This document shows, one piece after another, positions 1-12,360 of a stretch of DNA of 64,000 nucleotides (its first letter is position 1; every line of letters starts with the position of its first letter). The position numbers were made by a program, and so were the translations under genes. The stretch covers positions 10,393-74,392 of the forward strand of contig JACWDZ010000004.1 of assembly GCA_014653815.1 (NCBI GenBank), in the 5' to 3' direction. Origin of the DNA: Pelagibacterales bacterium SAG-MED29. GTDB taxonomy: Bacteria; Pseudomonadota; Alphaproteobacteria; Pelagibacterales; Pelagibacteraceae. The notes under the pieces are model-generated. The model saw only the letters and a list, made by a program, of their open reading frames with translations, did not search any database and was not told the DNA's origin.

Positions 1-180
1 ACTGATGTAACTGGAGAAGTAACTTTACCATCAGGCACAGAAATGGTTATGCCAGGTGATGATGGAAAATTTTCCGTTAAATTAATTACTCCTATTGCGA
101 TGAATGACAAATTAAATTTTGCAATTAGAGAAGGTGGAAAAACAGTTGGAGCTGGAGTAGTAACTAAAATTATAAAATAA
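1..180 (+). CDS. tuf: Elongation factor Tu, 3' end (partial)
   Basis: Frame 1 translates [20 protein letters not shown]...[20 protein letters not shown], the EF-Tu C-terminus; precedes tRNA-Trp-secE. Confidence 0.97.
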   Translation, partial: TDVTGEVTLPSGTEMVMPGDDGKFSVKLITPIAMNDKLNFAIREGGKTVGAGVVTKIIK

Positions 181-186
181 ACGCTT

Positions 187-262
187 AGGAGCGTAGTTCA
201 ATTGGTAGAGCGCCGGTCTCCAAAACCGGAGGTTGTGGGTTCGAGTCCCTCCGCTCCTGCCA
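187..262 (+). tRNA. trnW: tRNA-Trp (CCA)
   Basis: 76-nt cloverleaf AGGAGCG...CGCTCCT-GCCA; anticodon arm CCGGT-CTCCAAA-ACCGG; T-loop GTTCGAG; encoded CCA end. Confidence 0.97.
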
Positions 263-275
263 AAACTAGAAAGTT

Positions 276-467
276 ATGAAAAATCCTTTAAAATTTATTC
301 AAGAAGTTAAACAAGAAACTTTCAGAATAACTTGGCCTACAAAAAAGGACACTATGATGGGCGCATTAATGGTATTTGGATTAGCATCCATTGCTGCAAT
401 TTTTTTTCTTATCCTAGATCAAATTTTAAGATTTTTATTAAATCTAGTTTTAACTATTAATTTTTAA
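276..467 (+). CDS. secE: Preprotein translocase subunit SecE
   Basis: EVKQETFRITWPTKK motif plus one TM helix; between tRNA-Trp and nusG. Confidence 0.95.
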   Translation: MKNPLKFIQEVKQETFRITWPTKKDTMMGALMVFGLASIAAIFFLILDQILRFLLNLVLTINF

Positions 468-470
468 TTT

Positions 471-995
471 ATGAATTGGTACATTGTTCAGGCATATTCT
501 GGGTTTGAGAAAAAAGTGGTTGAGTCAATTAAAGATGAATTAAAAAAAAATAAATTACAGGAAAATCTTGGAGAAATTTTAGTTCCAACACACCAAGTAA
601 CTGAAGTAAAAAAAGGTAAAAGAACTAAAAAAGAAAAAAAATATTTTCCTGGCTATGTATTAGTTAAAGTCGAATTAACAAAACAAATTTATCATTTAAT
701 TAAAAATCTTCAAAAAGTAAGTGGATTTTTAGGCTCAGCAGAAAAACCCACTCCAATCTCAGATGATGAGATTAAACGTATACTTGGACAAGTATCTGAA
801 AGTGCTGTTAATCAAAAAACCGGTATAAGTTTTGAAATTGGTGAAAAAGTTAAAGTGTGTGATGGGCCATTTGCCTCATTTAATGGATTAATTGAAGAAA
901 TTGATGAAGAAAAATCTAGACTTAAAGTTTCAGTTTCTATATTTGGTAGAGCAACTCCAGTAGATTTGGAATTTAACCAAGTGGAGAAAAATTAA
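471..995 (+). CDS. nusG: Transcription antitermination factor NusG
   Basis: WYIVQAYSGFEKKV, FPGYVLV, KOW domain GPFASFNG...VSIFGRATPV. Confidence 0.98.
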   Translation: MNWYIVQAYSGFEKKVVESIKDELKKNKLQENLGEILVPTHQVTEVKKGKRTKKEKKYFPGYVLVKVELTKQIYHLIKNLQKVSGFLGSAEKPTPISDDEIKRILGQVSESAVNQKTGISFEIGEKVKVCDGPFASFNGLIEEIDEEKSRLKVSVSIFGRATPVDLEFNQVEKN

Positions 996-1427
996 ATGGC
1001 AAAACAAAAAGAAATATCAGGTTACGTAAAATTACAAATTAAAGGCGGTCAAGCAAACCCAGCTCCTCCTGTTGGTCCAGCTTTAGGACAAAGAGGAATC
1101 AATATAATGGAATTTTGCAAGGCTTTTAATGAAAAGACTAAAGCTTTTATGGGTAAACCAGTGCCTGTTGTAATTACAGTTTATAAAGATAAAAAATTTG
1201 ATTTTATAATTAAATCTCCACCGGCTTCACATTTTATTAGAGAAGCAGCTAAATTAAAAAGTGGTTCTAGTGAACCAGGGAGAGTTGTTGCAGGTTCAAT
1301 CACAATGAAACAAGCAGAGTCAATCGCTAAAGAAAAAATGAAAGATTTAAATGCGTTTGATATTAAAGAAGCAACAAAGATAATTTGTGGTTCAGCAAGA
1401 TCAATGGGTATTGAGGTGAAAGAATAA
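996..1427 (+). CDS. rplK: 50S ribosomal protein L11
   Basis: [23 protein letters not shown]. Confidence 0.98.
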   Translation: MAKQKEISGYVKLQIKGGQANPAPPVGPALGQRGINIMEFCKAFNEKTKAFMGKPVPVVITVYKDKKFDFIIKSPPASHFIREAAKLKSGSSEPGRVVAGSITMKQAESIAKEKMKDLNAFDIKEATKIICGSARSMGIEVKE

Positions 1428-1429
1428 TA

Positions 1430-2116
1430 ATGAAAAGACACTCTAAAAGATATAAAGAACTTCTTAAATCGATTGTTAAGGATAAAAAAATAGAATTAAA
1501 TGAAATAATTGATTTAGTTAAAAAAAATTCAACAACAAAATTTGATGAGTCTATCGACGTATCTTTAAGAATAAATTTAAAACAATCCAAAGGCGGTGAT
1601 TTAAGTTTAAGAACTGTTGTAAAACTACCTAATGGATCTGGCAAAAAAAATAAAATTGCTGTATTGTGCGAAACAGACAAAATTGAAGAAGCAAAAAAAA
1701 GTGGTGCAGAAGTGGTTGGCTCAGATGATTTAATTGAAAAAATTAGTCAAGGTAAATTTGATTTTACAAAATTAATATGTACACCCGCTATGATGGGTAA
1801 AATTGGAAAACATGGGAAAGTATTAGGACCAAAAGGATTAATGCCAAACCCTAAATTAGGAACTGTTACAAATGATATTGTAAAGGCTGTTAAAGATATT
1901 AAGACTGGTTTAGTTGAAATTAGAAATGATAAAGATGGAAATTTAGCATCTACAATTGGACGAAAAAGTTTTTCAAGTGAAAAACTTTTAGAGAATTATA
2001 AGCATTTTATCGATTCAATAAAAAAAGAAAAACCCTCTACAATTAAAGGTGAATTTATAAAAAATATTTTTATAACTTCTACAATGGGTATTTCTTATAG
2101 AGTTAGAGGTAAATAA
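1430..2116 (+). CDS. rplA: 50S ribosomal protein L1
   Basis: KFDESID, LGPKGLMPNPKLGTVT, STMG. Confidence 0.97.
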   Translation: MKRHSKRYKELLKSIVKDKKIELNEIIDLVKKNSTTKFDESIDVSLRINLKQSKGGDLSLRTVVKLPNGSGKKNKIAVLCETDKIEEAKKSGAEVVGSDDLIEKISQGKFDFTKLICTPAMMGKIGKHGKVLGPKGLMPNPKLGTVTNDIVKAVKDIKTGLVEIRNDKDGNLASTIGRKSFSSEKLLENYKHFIDSIKKEKPSTIKGEFIKNIFITSTMGISYRVRGK

Positions 2117-2118
2117 TT

Positions 2119-2631
2119 ATGATGAATAAAGACGCTAAGAAACATTATGTAGAAGAGATGAAAAAGAATTTTTCATCTAATGAGTCAGTCATGATAGCTC
2201 AATATCAAGGATTAAATGTTAATGAATTAGATGAATTAAGAAAAGAGCTTCGAGAAAAAGGCATTCTCTTTAAAATAACAAAAAATAGAATCACAAAAAT
2301 TGCAATTAAAGAAACTCCAGTGAAAGATTTAGAAAAATATTTTACTGGACCTACTGCAGCGGCTATTTCTTCAGATCCAATTTCAACAGCAAAAATTTTA
2401 ACTAAGTTTGCCAAATCTCACGATAAGCTAAAAATTGTAGCTGGATTTATGGATGGTAAGGTTTTAGACCAAAAGGAAGTGGCTATAATCGCCACACTAC
2501 CTTCACTTGAAGAAGCAAGGGCCAAAATCGTTGGAATTTTAGCATCTCCAGCTCAAAAATTAGTAAGTATTTTGCTTGCACCTGGCTCAAAAATTGCTAA
2601 TTTAGCGCGCGCAAAGAGTTTAAAAAATTAA
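2119..2631 (+). CDS. rplJ: 50S ribosomal protein L10
   Basis: Y-GLNV..L..LR, KNR, GPTA, LPSLEEARAKIVG; synteny. Confidence 0.96.
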   Translation: MMNKDAKKHYVEEMKKNFSSNESVMIAQYQGLNVNELDELRKELREKGILFKITKNRITKIAIKETPVKDLEKYFTGPTAAAISSDPISTAKILTKFAKSHDKLKIVAGFMDGKVLDQKEVAIIATLPSLEEARAKIVGILASPAQKLVSILLAPGSKIANLARAKSLKN

Positions 2632-2646
2632 TTCATAGGATCCAAC

Positions 2647-3015
2647 ATGGCAGACTTAAATAAAATTATAGATGAACTATCAACTTTAACAGTTGTTGAA
2701 GCAGCTGAACTTTCTAAACAATTAGAAGAAAAATGGGGAGTAACAGCGGCAGCACCAGTTGCAGCAGCAGCTGCAGGAGCAGCAGCGCCAGCAGCCGAAG
2801 AAAAATCAGAATTTTCACTTTTTTTATCATCAGCAGGAGATAAAAAAATTAATGTTATTAAAGAAGTAAGAGTAATAACAGGATTAGGATTAAAAGAAGC
2901 AAAAGATTTAGTTGAAGGAGCACCAAAAGAAATTAAAGCTGGTGTAGCCAAAAAAGAAGCTGAAGAATTCAAGAAGAAGCTTGAAGCAGCTGGAGCTAAA
3001 GTAGAATTAAAGTAA
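2647..3015 (+). CDS. rplL: 50S ribosomal protein L7/L12
   Basis: Ala-rich hinge, [22 protein letters not shown]. Confidence 0.98.
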   Translation: MADLNKIIDELSTLTVVEAAELSKQLEEKWGVTAAAPVAAAAAGAAAPAAEEKSEFSLFLSSAGDKKINVIKEVRVITGLGLKEAKDLVEGAPKEIKAGVAKKEAEEFKKKLEAAGAKVELK

Positions 3016-3030
3016 ACAAAATTTAAGACT

Positions 3031-3071
3031 AAATTTTACTGTATTATAAAAAATTGCAGTAAAATTTTTTA
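3031..3071 (+). terminator. Intrinsic terminator/attenuator-like hairpin between rplL and rpoB
   Basis: AAATTTTACTG (3031-3041) is the reverse complement of CAGTAAAATTT (3057-3067); T7 tract at 3065-3071. Confidence 0.65.
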
Positions 3072-3077
3072 TTATTA

Positions 3078-6000
3078 ATGCAGCTATCTTTCACTCAAAA
3101 GAAAAATATTAGAAAAAATTTCGGAAAGCTCGTCGAAGGCTTGTCAATTCCTAATCTTATAGAAGTACAGAAAAATTCTTATAATGAGTTTTTAGAGTCA
3201 AAAACACTAGAAGAACAAATGAGTGATTTGTCAAAAGGTATTGATAAAGTTTTTAAAAATATTTTTCCAATAGAAGATGGTTCAGATAAATCTACCCTTG
3301 AATATATTTCTTATAAATTAGAAAAACCTAAATTTGATGTAATAGAATGCAAACAAAGAAGCCTTTCATATTCGGCCGCGCTTAAAGCTATTTTGAGATT
3401 AGTTGTTTATGATATTGATCCTGAAAATAACACTAAACAAATTCTTTCTGCAAAAGAACAAGAAGTTTTTATTGGAGAATTACCACTTATGACCCCGAGC
3501 GCAACTTTCATAACCAATGGAGTTGAAAGAGTGGTTGTAAATCAAATGCATAGAAGTCCAGGTGTTTTTTTTGATCATGATAAGGGAAAAACTCATTCAA
3601 GTGGGAAGTTATTATTTAATTGTAGAATTATTCCTGGAAGAGGATCTTGGTTAGATTTTGAATTTGATCCCAAAGATATTTTATATTTTAGAGTAGACAG
3701 AAAGAAAAAATTACCAATCACTTCAATTTTATTTGCTTTAGGATTTTCTAAACAAAAAATTATTAATACATTTTATTCAACTAACAAATATACATTTGAT
3801 TCTGAAAAAAAAATGTGGCTTACAGATTTTAATCCTGAAAACTATAAAAGACCTATAAAGCTCTCCTATGATTTAATAGACTCTAAAAATAGTAAAAAAA
3901 TTTTATCCAAAGGTGAAAAACTTAATTTTATAATAGCTAAGAAACTTCAAGAAAAAGGTTTGAAATCCATTTTAACTTCGAATGAACAGATCGTAGGAAA
4001 ATATATTGCAAATGACATTAAAGATAAAAATGGTGAGATTTTAATAGGAAATGGATTCGATATTACTGAAGAGCAACTAGAAAAAATTATTAATCAAGGT
4101 GAAAAATCTATAGATTTAGTTAACATTGATCCAATTAATAAAGGTCCATATTTATTAGAAACGCTTAAAATTGACAAAAATGTTAACAAAGCAGATGCTT
4201 TAAATGATATCTATAAAGTTTTAAGACCCGGTGAAGCACCATCATTAGAAATTGCCGAAGAAATATTTAATAATCTTTATTTTACAAAAGAACGTTATGA
4301 TCTCTCTGAAGTTGGAAGAGTAAAGTTGAACTCTAAATTGAATTTAAAAATTAGCAACAAGAAAACAATACTAACCGTCGATGATATTGTTGCTATTATC
4401 CAATTTATGCTAGATTTAAGAGATGGTAGAGGAGATGTAGATGATATAGATCATCTTGGAAACCGAAGAGTTAGATCTGTTGGTGAGCTTGTGGAAAATC
4501 AATTTAGAATCGGTCTGTTGAGAATGGAAAGAACTGTTAAAGAAAAAATGTCCACATTTCTTGAGATTGAGTCAGCGATGCCACAAGATTTGATAAACGC
4601 AAAACCTATCACAACATCATTAAAAGATTTTTTTGCTACTTCACAGCTTTCACAATTCATGGATCAAACCAATCCATTATCAGAGATAACTCACAAAAGA
4701 AGAGTTTCTGCATTGGGACCAGGAGGCTTAACCAGAGAAAGAGCTGGATTTGAAGTAAGAGATGTTCATCCAACACATTACGGCAGAATTTGTCCTATTG
4801 AAACGCCAGAAGGTCCTAATATTGGATTGATTAATAGCTTAGCTACTTACTGTAGAGTTAATAAATTTGGATATATAGAAAGTCCTTATAAAAAAATTGT
4901 AAATGGAAAAGTTACTTCTGAAATTGAATATTTATCAGCAATAGAAGAAGAAAAATTTACTATAGCTCAAGCTAACTCTCCAATTAAAAAAGATGGATCT
5001 TTTGAGGAAGAATTAGTTGCTTGCAGGAAGAATCTTAACTTTGAATTAGCAAATAGAGAAAATATAGATTTTATCGATGTTTCACCAAAACAATTAGTTT
5101 CGGTTGCCGCAGCATTAATTCCATTTTTAGAAAATGATGATGCAAATAGAGCTTTAATGGGATCAAATATGATGAGACAAGCCGTGCCATTACTGAAACC
5201 AGAATCTCCATTAGTAGGCACAGGAATCGAGTCAGATGTTGCATTGGACTCTGGTGTTACTATTGTTGCAAAAAGAAATGGAATAGTAGATAAGATTGAC
5301 GGAAAACGAATTGTTGTAAAAGTTACCGATGTTACCGATTTATCTCAGTCTGCTGTAGATATTTATAATTTATCTAAATTTCAAAGATCTAATCAAAATA
5401 CTTGCATAAATCAGAAACCATTAGTTAAAATTGGAGATCAAATTAAGAAAGGTGATATAATTGCAGATGGACCAGCGACTAAACTTGGCGAATTAGCATT
5501 AGGAAAAAATGTTACTGTAGCATTTATGCCTTGGCAGGGATATAATTTTGAAGATTCAATATTAATTTCCGAAAGATGTGTAACAGACGATGTTTTTACT
5601 TCTGTTCATATTGAAGAATACGAGTCAATGGCTCGTGACACTAAATTAGGAGCAGAAGAAATCACAAGAGACATTCCTAATGTTAGTGAGGAAAGTTTAA
5701 GAAATCTAGATGAGTCTGGAATTGTATATGTTGGAGCAGAGGTTAAACCAGCTGACATACTAGTTGGAAAAGTTACACCAAAAAGCGAAACTTCATCTAG
5801 CCCCGAAGAAAAATTATTGAGATCAATTTTTGGTGAAAAAGCCACAGACGTGAGAGATTCCTCACTAAAATTGCCATCTGGAAGTACGGGTGTTGTAATT
5901 GATGTAAGAGTATTCAACAGACATGGAATTGAAAAAGATGAAAGATCAATTGCAATAGAGAGAGCTGAAATTGAAGTAGTTCAAGAAGATAAAAAAGTTG

Positions 6001-7169
6001 AGGAAGAGATTTTAAATAGAAATATAAAACTAAGAGCAATTGATTTGTTGAATAATCAAAAAATTAATAAACAATATAAAACACTCAAAGCAGAAACCAC
6101 ATTAAATAATAATGATTTTGAGAATTTAACTCTGAAAGATTTGTGGAAACTTAGTTTTCAAAAGCAAGAGTTAAATAGTGACTTAGAAAAATTAAAAAAT
6201 CAATTTGATAATGCCTCAGAAGATATAAAGTTGAGATTTGAAGATAAGGTTGCCAAAATTCAACAAGGTGATGATTTATTACCGACAGTAATGAAAGTTG
6301 TAAAAGTTTTTGTTGCTGTAAAAAGAAGATTAATGCCAGGAGACAAAATGGCAGGCAGACATGGGAATAAAGGTGTTGTTAGTAAAATTGTTCCAGTTGA
6401 AGATATGCCATACATGAAAAATGGTAAACCAGTTGATATTGTTTTAAATCCTCTTGGTGTACCCAGCCGTATGAACGTAGGACAGATTCTTGAAACACAT
6501 TTAGGCTGGTCTTGTTCAGAGCTCGGAGAGCAAATCAAAGCTTACGTAAAAAATTTCGACGAACAAATTGAAAAAATAAAAGAAAAGTTAAAAGAAATTT
6601 ATGGAAAAGAATTTTATGAAGATGTTATTTCTAAATTATCAAAAAAAGAAATTGCTGAATTAGTAAACAATATTTCAAATGGTGTACCAATCTCAACACC
6701 TGTATTTGATGGTGCGAGCACAAAGGATATCACTGACATGTTAAATATAGCGAAGTTACCCAATTCAGGGCAGACAAATTTATGGAATGGTCAAACTGGA
6801 GAGATTTTTGATCGACCAGTAACTGTAGGAATCATTTATATGTTAAAATTAAATCATTTAGTAGAAGACAAAATACATGCCAGATCAACAGGTCCTTATA
6901 GTTTAGTTACACAACAACCTCTTGGTGGAAAGGCACAACTTGGAGGCCAGAGATTTGGTGAAATGGAAGTATGGGCCTTAGAAGCATACGGAGCATCTTA
7001 TACATTACAAGAAATTCTTACTGTTAAATCGGATGATGTGGCTGGAAGAACTAAAGTTTATGAAACAATTGTAAAAGGAAACAATAATTTTGAATCTGGA
7101 GTTCCTGAGTCATTTAACGTTTTAATTAAGGAAATTAGAGCATTAGGTTTAAATATAGAATTAAATTAA
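3078..7169 (+). CDS. rpoB: RNA polymerase beta subunit
   Basis: [42 protein letters not shown]. Confidence 0.99.
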   Translation: MQLSFTQKKNIRKNFGKLVEGLSIPNLIEVQKNSYNEFLESKTLEEQMSDLSKGIDKVFKNIFPIEDGSDKSTLEYISYKLEKPKFDVIECKQRSLSYSAALKAILRLVVYDIDPENNTKQILSAKEQEVFIGELPLMTPSATFITNGVERVVVNQMHRSPGVFFDHDKGKTHSSGKLLFNCRIIPGRGSWLDFEFDPKDILYFRVDRKKKLPITSILFALGFSKQKIINTFYSTNKYTFDSEKKMWLTDFNPENYKRPIKLSYDLIDSKNSKKILSKGEKLNFIIAKKLQEKGLKSILTSNEQIVGKYIANDIKDKNGEILIGNGFDITEEQLEKIINQGEKSIDLVNIDPINKGPYLLETLKIDKNVNKADALNDIYKVLRPGEAPSLEIAEEIFNNLYFTKERYDLSEVGRVKLNSKLNLKISNKKTILTVDDIVAIIQFMLDLRDGRGDVDDIDHLGNRRVRSVGELVENQFRIGLLRMERTVKEKMSTFLEIESAMPQDLINAKPITTSLKDFFATSQLSQFMDQTNPLSEITHKRRVSALGPGGLTRERAGFEVRDVHPTHYGRICPIETPEGPNIGLINSLATYCRVNKFGYIESPYKKIVNGKVTSEIEYLSAIEEEKFTIAQANSPIKKDGSFEEELVACRKNLNFELANRENIDFIDVSPKQLVSVAAALIPFLENDDANRALMGSNMMRQAVPLLKPESPLVGTGIESDVALDSGVTIVAKRNGIVDKIDGKRIVVKVTDVTDLSQSAVDIYNLSKFQRSNQNTCINQKPLVKIGDQIKKGDIIADGPATKLGELALGKNVTVAFMPWQGYNFEDSILISERCVTDDVFTSVHIEEYESMARDTKLGAEEITRDIPNVSEESLRNLDESGIVYVGAEVKPADILVGKVTPKSETSSSPEEKLLRSIFGEKATDVRDSSLKLPSGSTGVVIDVRVFNRHGIEKDERSIAIERAEIEVVQEDKKVEEEILNRNIKLRAIDLLNNQKINKQYKTLKAETTLNNNDFENLTLKDLWKLSFQKQELNSDLEKLKNQFDNASEDIKLRFEDKVAKIQQGDDLLPTVMKVVKVFVAVKRRLMPGDKMAGRHGNKGVVSKIVPVEDMPYMKNGKPVDIVLNPLGVPSRMNVGQILETHLGWSCSELGEQIKAYVKNFDEQIEKIKEKLKEIYGKEFYEDVISKLSKKEIAELVNNISNGVPISTPVFDGASTKDITDMLNIAKLPNSGQTNLWNGQTGEIFDRPVTVGIIYMLKLNHLVEDKIHARSTGPYSLVTQQPLGGKAQLGGQRFGEMEVWALEAYGASYTLQEILTVKSDDVAGRTKVYETIVKGNNNFESGVPESFNVLIKEIRALGLNIELN

Positions 7170-7170
7170 T

Positions 7171-10100
7171 ATGGAAAAAAATTTAACAAAAAATTTTGAT
7201 AATCAAAATTTAGTTCCAGAAAATAATTTTGATAGCATTAAAATTACATTAGCAAGCCCTGAAAAAATTAAATCATGGTCTTACGGTGAAATAAAAAAAC
7301 CAGAAACAATTAATTATAGAACTTTTAGACCTGAAAAAGACGGATTATTCTGCTCAAGAATATTTGGTCCTGTAAAAGATTACGAATGTTTGTGTGGAAA
7401 ATATAAACGTATGAAATTCAGAGGTATAATTTGTGAAAAGTGTGGCGTAGAAGTGACGAAATCAAATGTTAGAAGAGAAAGAATGGGACATATCGATCTT
7501 GCTTGCCCTGTAGCTCATATTTGGTTTTTAAAATCATTACCAAGCAGAATATCTTTAGCTGTAGACATGAAGCTTAAGGAGGTAGAAAAAGTTTTATACT
7601 TTGAAAGCTTTATAGTAGTAGAACCAGGCTTAACTACCTTAAAAAAATGCCAGTTATTATCAGAAGAAGCCTTGATTAAAGCACAAGATGAATTCGGAGA
7701 AGATGCGTTCACCGCAGGAATTGGTGCGGAGGCTGTAAGAGAAATATTAATTAATCTAGATTTAAAAAATGAACAAAAGAGATTAAGAGACTCATTGTCT
7801 AGCATTAAATCTAAAGTAACTGAAGAAAGAACTATAAAAAGGTTAAAATTAATCGAGTCTTTTATTTCTTCAGGAAACAAACCTGAATGGATGATTCTAA
7901 CCTCTGTTCCAGTGATACCACCAGAGTTAAGACCTTTAGTTCCTTTAGATGGAGGTAGATTCGCAACATCAGATCTTAATGATTTGTATAGAAGAGTTAT
8001 TAATAGAAACAATCGTTTAAAAAGATTATTGGATCTAAAAGCACCTGATATAATTGTTCGAAACGAAAAGAGAATGCTTCAAGAGTCAGTCGATGCATTG
8101 TTTGATAACGGCAGAAGAGGAAGAGTAATAACAGGTACTGGTAAGAGACCTCTTAAGTCTCTGGCTGAAATGCTGAAAGGAAAGCAGGGAAGATTTAGAC
8201 AAAATCTTTTAGGAAAAAGAGTTGATTATTCAGGTAGGTCAGTAATAGTTGTTGGACCAGAACTTAAATTACACCAATGTGGCTTACCAAAAAAAATGGC
8301 TTTGGAATTATTTAAACCATTTTTATATGCAAGATTAGATAAATTAGGATTAGCAACAACAATTAAACAAGCAAAAAAATTAGTTGAAAAAGAAAGAAGT
8401 GAAGTATGGGACTCTTTAGAACATATTATTAGAGAACATCCTGTGCTTTTGAATCGAGCACCAACATTACATAGACTTGGTGTTCAAGCATTTGAGGCTA
8501 AACTTATCGAGGGCAATGCTATTGAATTACACCCACTTGTTTGTGCTGCATTTAATGCTGATTTTGACGGAGATCAAATGGCAGTTCATATACCTTTAAG
8601 CTTAGAAGCTCAATTAGAAGCTAGAGTTTTAATGATGTCAACTAACAATATACTAAGCCCTTCAAATGGAAAACCTATAATAGTGCCGAGTCAAGATATA
8701 GTCTTAGGAATATATTATTTATCACAAGGAGACGAAAATGATAAAAAACCAAAAGGTATTTTTTCTAGCGTAGAAGAAATTGAACAAGCATTAGAAAATA
8801 AATCAATAAGCTTACATTCAAAAATAATATCAACTTTTAGAACAAATAATGAAGATGGATCAAGTAAACTTGAAAAATATACTAGCACAGCAGGGAGATT
8901 TTTATTAGCAAATGTATTGCCTAAAAACAAAAATATTAAATTTAGTTTAGTAAATAGATTGTTGACTAAGAAGCATGTATCCGAAGTTATAGATGTAATT
9001 TTCAGATATTGCGGACAGAAAGAAACAGTTATTTTTTGTGATAAAATCAAAACACTTGGCTTTAAACATGCATTTAAAGCAGGTATTTCTTTTGGAAAAG
9101 ATGATTTATTAATTCCTAAAACTAAGGAAGGTTTAATAAATAACACCAAGAAACAAATAGAAGAATATGAGAAGCAATACTCAGACGGTTTAATTACAAG
9201 AGGTGAAAAATATAACAAAGTTGTAGACGTATGGTCTAAGTGCACAGACATTGTTGCAAACGAAATGATGAAAGAAATTTCTTCAGCAGAAAAAATTTAT
9301 GAAGACGATAGAATTGAGACAAATTCTGTATATATGATGGCAGATTCTGGCGCTAGAGGATCACAAGCTCAAATGAAACAATTAGCAGGAATGAGAGGTT
9401 TGATAGCCAAACCATCTGGAGAAATTATTGAGACACCTATTATTTCAAATTTTAAAGAAGGATTGTCTGTTTTGGAGTATTTTAACTCAACACACGGAGC
9501 AAGAAAAGGATTAGCCGATACAGCTTTAAAAACTGCAAACTCAGGTTATCTTACAAGAAGATTATGCGATGTGGCACAAGATGTGCAAATTACAAAATCA
9601 GAGTGTGATCCTAAAAAAAGATCATCAGTAACAATTTCAGAAATAATAGAAGGTGGAAATATTCTAGTAAGTTTATCTGAAAGAGTTCTTGGCAGAGTAG
9701 TGGCTGAGAATATTAAAAATCCAGTAACAGGAGAAGTTATTATTAAAAAAGATAAATTAATTGATGAGTTTGATTGTGAAAAAATTGACTCTGCTGGAGT
9801 AAAATCACTAAATGTATATTCTGTAATTACTTGTGCTTCCACTAAGGGTGTCTGCCAAGTTTGCTATGGTAGAGATTTAGCTAGAGGTAAATTAGTAAAT
9901 ATTGGTGAAGCTGTAGGAATGATTGCAGCTCAGTCTATAGGTGAACCAGGAACACAATTAACAATGAGAACTTTTCACGTTGGTGGAACAGCACAGATTA
10001 AAGAAGAGTCACAAATAGTTTCTCAAACAAAAGGTAAATTAAATATAATAAATAAAAATCTTATTGAAGACTCTAAGAAAAATATAATTGTAATGGGTAG

Positions 10101-11355
10101 AAATACTCAATTAAGTATCGAAGATGAAAGCGGAAGACAACTAGCAATTTATAAAGTTAATTACGGATCAAGATTGTTTTTTAAAGATGGCGATATGATT
10201 GAAAAAGGAAAAAAAATAGCTGAATGGGATCCTTATACTTTGCCAGTAATTGCAGAAACTGGTGGCATTGTTAATTACATGGATTTAACTGAAGGAAGTT
10301 CATTAACAGAAACTTTAGATGATGCCACAGGTTTATCGTCTAAATCAGTTACAGATTGGAAATCATTATCTAAAAACTCCGAATTAAAACCTCGTATTAC
10401 TTTAAGAGATGATAAAGGTGAAATTATTAAAAAAGCAGATGGAAATGAAGCAAGATATTATTTAGTTCCAGATACTATTTTGTCTGTAAAGGATGGTCAA
10501 AAAATTTCAGCTGGCGATGTATTGGCCAGACTTCCTAAAGAGACATCTAAAACAAAAGATATTACAGGTGGTTTACCACGAGTTGCTGAACTATTTGAGG
10601 CAAGAAAACCAAAAGATAGCGCAATTATAGCTGAGAATGATGGAGTTATAGAATTTGGAAAAGAGGTAAGAGGTAAACAAAAAATTTCTATTGTTGCTTC
10701 AAGTGGTGAAACTTCAAATTATTTAATTCCAAAAGGAAAGCATGTTAATTTTAATCAAGGAGAGAAGATTAAAAAAGGGGAATATTTACTTGACGGAGCT
10801 CCATTGCCACACGATATATTAAGAGTCCTAGGTGTTGAGAAACTAACAGAATATTTTGTAACAGAAGTCCAAGAAGTTTATAGACTTCAAGGCGTTGTAA
10901 TTAACGATAAACATATTGAAACTATTGTTAGACAAATGCTAAAAAGAGTTGAAATTAAAAATCCGGGTGATTCAGGATTATTAACTGGTGAAGTAATAGA
11001 TTTGCTTGATATTAGTAAAATTAACGAAGAATTAAGAAAAGATAAAAAGAAACCAGCTATTTATGAAAGAATTTTACTTGGTATAACAAAAGCTTCTTTG
11101 CAAACAAATTCATTTATATCTGCAGCATCTTTTCAAGAGACTACAAGAGTATTAACTGATGCTTCCATTAAAGGTAAAATTGATACATTGGAAGGTTTAA
11201 AAGAAAATGTTATTGTTGGACGATTAGTGCCTGCTGGAACAGGTTTAACCAAGATTGATTGGGACAAACAAGCTAGAGATCAAGACAAGAAGAGATTAGA
11301 AGAATTACAAAAACAAGCGTTAAAAGCTTCACCAGCGCCAGAGCAAACAACTTAA
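7171..11355 (+). CDS. rpoC: RNA polymerase beta' subunit
   Basis: Catalytic NADFDGD; N-terminal zinc finger CLCGKYK...CEKCG. Confidence 0.99.
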   Translation: MEKNLTKNFDNQNLVPENNFDSIKITLASPEKIKSWSYGEIKKPETINYRTFRPEKDGLFCSRIFGPVKDYECLCGKYKRMKFRGIICEKCGVEVTKSNVRRERMGHIDLACPVAHIWFLKSLPSRISLAVDMKLKEVEKVLYFESFIVVEPGLTTLKKCQLLSEEALIKAQDEFGEDAFTAGIGAEAVREILINLDLKNEQKRLRDSLSSIKSKVTEERTIKRLKLIESFISSGNKPEWMILTSVPVIPPELRPLVPLDGGRFATSDLNDLYRRVINRNNRLKRLLDLKAPDIIVRNEKRMLQESVDALFDNGRRGRVITGTGKRPLKSLAEMLKGKQGRFRQNLLGKRVDYSGRSVIVVGPELKLHQCGLPKKMALELFKPFLYARLDKLGLATTIKQAKKLVEKERSEVWDSLEHIIREHPVLLNRAPTLHRLGVQAFEAKLIEGNAIELHPLVCAAFNADFDGDQMAVHIPLSLEAQLEARVLMMSTNNILSPSNGKPIIVPSQDIVLGIYYLSQGDENDKKPKGIFSSVEEIEQALENKSISLHSKIISTFRTNNEDGSSKLEKYTSTAGRFLLANVLPKNKNIKFSLVNRLLTKKHVSEVIDVIFRYCGQKETVIFCDKIKTLGFKHAFKAGISFGKDDLLIPKTKEGLINNTKKQIEEYEKQYSDGLITRGEKYNKVVDVWSKCTDIVANEMMKEISSAEKIYEDDRIETNSVYMMADSGARGSQAQMKQLAGMRGLIAKPSGEIIETPIISNFKEGLSVLEYFNSTHGARKGLADTALKTANSGYLTRRLCDVAQDVQITKSECDPKKRSSVTISEIIEGGNILVSLSERVLGRVVAENIKNPVTGEVIIKKDKLIDEFDCEKIDSAGVKSLNVYSVITCASTKGVCQVCYGRDLARGKLVNIGEAVGMIAAQSIGEPGTQLTMRTFHVGGTAQIKEESQIVSQTKGKLNIINKNLIEDSKKNIIVMGRNTQLSIEDESGRQLAIYKVNYGSRLFFKDGDMIEKGKKIAEWDPYTLPVIAETGGIVNYMDLTEGSSLTETLDDATGLSSKSVTDWKSLSKNSELKPRITLRDDKGEIIKKADGNEARYYLVPDTILSVKDGQKISAGDVLARLPKETSKTKDITGGLPRVAELFEARKPKDSAIIAENDGVIEFGKEVRGKQKISIVASSGETSNYLIPKGKHVNFNQGEKIKKGEYLLDGAPLPHDILRVLGVEKLTEYFVTEVQEVYRLQGVVINDKHIETIVRQMLKRVEIKNPGDSGLLTGEVIDLLDISKINEELRKDKKKPAIYERILLGITKASLQTNSFISAASFQETTRVLTDASIKGKIDTLEGLKENVIVGRLVPAGTGLTKIDWDKQARDQDKKRLEELQKQALKASPAPEQTT

Positions 11356-11380
11356 ATTACAATAGAACATCTAATAAATA

Positions 11381-11408
11381 TTGACTTTTATCATTTCGAT
11401 GTTAGTTT
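11381..11408 (+). promoter_or_regulatory. Putative sigma70 promoter of rpsL (str) operon
   Basis: TTGACT (11381-11386), 16-nt spacer, TAGTTT (11403-11408). Confidence 0.55.
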
Positions 11409-11415
11409 ACGGCAC

Positions 11416-11501
11416 ATTTTGAATGTTAGAAGTAAGGCATTTTATAGCCTTAAACACTAACAAAAAACACGACCAGGCTATCCTTACTTCCACTTCAAAA
11501 T
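11416..11501 (+). ncRNA. Structured rpsL 5' leader RNA (cis-regulatory)
   Basis: Three nested helices: ATTTTGAA/TTCAAAAT, GAAGTAAGG/CCTTACTTC, ATAGCCT/AGGCTAT; fills the longest intergenic gap of the ribosomal cluster. Confidence 0.75.
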
Positions 11502-11507
11502 ATTATT

Positions 11508-11879
11508 ATGCCAACAATTAATCAGTTGATTAAAAAAAGCAGAGTTAAACCAATAGTTCGAAATAAAGTTCCAGCTTTAGAACGTCAACCACTAAAACGT
11601 GGAGTTTGTGTAAAAGTTTATACGACAACACCTAAAAAACCAAATTCAGCATTAAGAAAAGTTGCAAGAGTAAGGCTGTCAAATGGATTTGAAGTTACAG
11701 CTTATATTCCAGGTGAAGGACACAATTTACAGGAACACTCAGTAGTTTTATTAAGAGGAGGAAGAGTTAAAGATTTGCCAGGTGTTAGATATCATATCTT
11801 AAGAGGTAATCTAGATACTCAAGGTGTAGCAAATCGTAAACAGAGAAGATCTTTGTACGGAGCAAAAAAACCAAAATAA
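11508..11879 (+). CDS. rpsL: 30S ribosomal protein S12
   Basis: [28 protein letters not shown]. Confidence 0.99.
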   Translation: MPTINQLIKKSRVKPIVRNKVPALERQPLKRGVCVKVYTTTPKKPNSALRKVARVRLSNGFEVTAYIPGEGHNLQEHSVVLLRGGRVKDLPGVRYHILRGNLDTQGVANRKQRRSLYGAKKPK

Positions 11880-11883
11880 TATT

Positions 11884-12354
11884 ATGTCTCGAAAAAGAAA
11901 AGCACCAGTTAGAAAAGTTTATCCAGACCCCAAGTTTCATTCAGAAATAGTTTCTAAATTTATTAATTCTATTATGTATGATGGCAAAAGATCAACCGCT
12001 GAAAAAATTTTATATGATGCATTAGAAAAAATTAAATCTAAAAACAATGAAGACCCATTAAAAATTTTTAATACAGCGATCAGCAATGTAAGGCCTAATT
12101 TAGAATGCAGATCTAGACGAGTTGGAGGCGCAACTTATCAAGTTCCTGTCGAAGTAAAATCAAAAAGAGCTCAAGCTTTAGCATTAAGATGGTTAATGGA
12201 TGCTACAAGAAAAAGAAAAAATAAAACAATGGCTGATAAATTATATGCAGAGATTTTAGATGCATCACAAAATAAGGGATCAGCAATTAAAAAAAGAGAA
12301 GACACACATAAAATGGCAGAAGCGAATAAAGCTTTTGCACATTTCAGATGGTAA
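11884..12354 (+). CDS. rpsG: 30S ribosomal protein S7
   Basis: [26 protein letters not shown]. Confidence 0.99.
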   Translation: MSRKRKAPVRKVYPDPKFHSEIVSKFINSIMYDGKRSTAEKILYDALEKIKSKNNEDPLKIFNTAISNVRPNLECRSRRVGGATYQVPVEVKSKRAQALALRWLMDATRKRKNKTMADKLYAEILDASQNKGSAIKKREDTHKMAEANKAFAHFRW

Positions 12355-12360
12355 AATATT

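Noticed and set aside
4630-4720. Rifampicin-resistance region of rpoB (and streptomycin sites in rpsL)
   Set aside because: Key residues (Q, D, H, S in [22 protein letters not shown]; PKKPNS) look wild-type.
5322-5339. Perfect 9-bp tandem repeat GTTACCGAT x2 in rpoB (VTDVTD)
   Set aside because: In-frame, only two copies, in a variable loop; not an array and no evidence of function.
7160-7180. Possible rpoB-rpoC fusion as in Wolbachia or Helicobacter
   Set aside because: A clear TAA ends at 7169 and a separate ATG starts at 7171.
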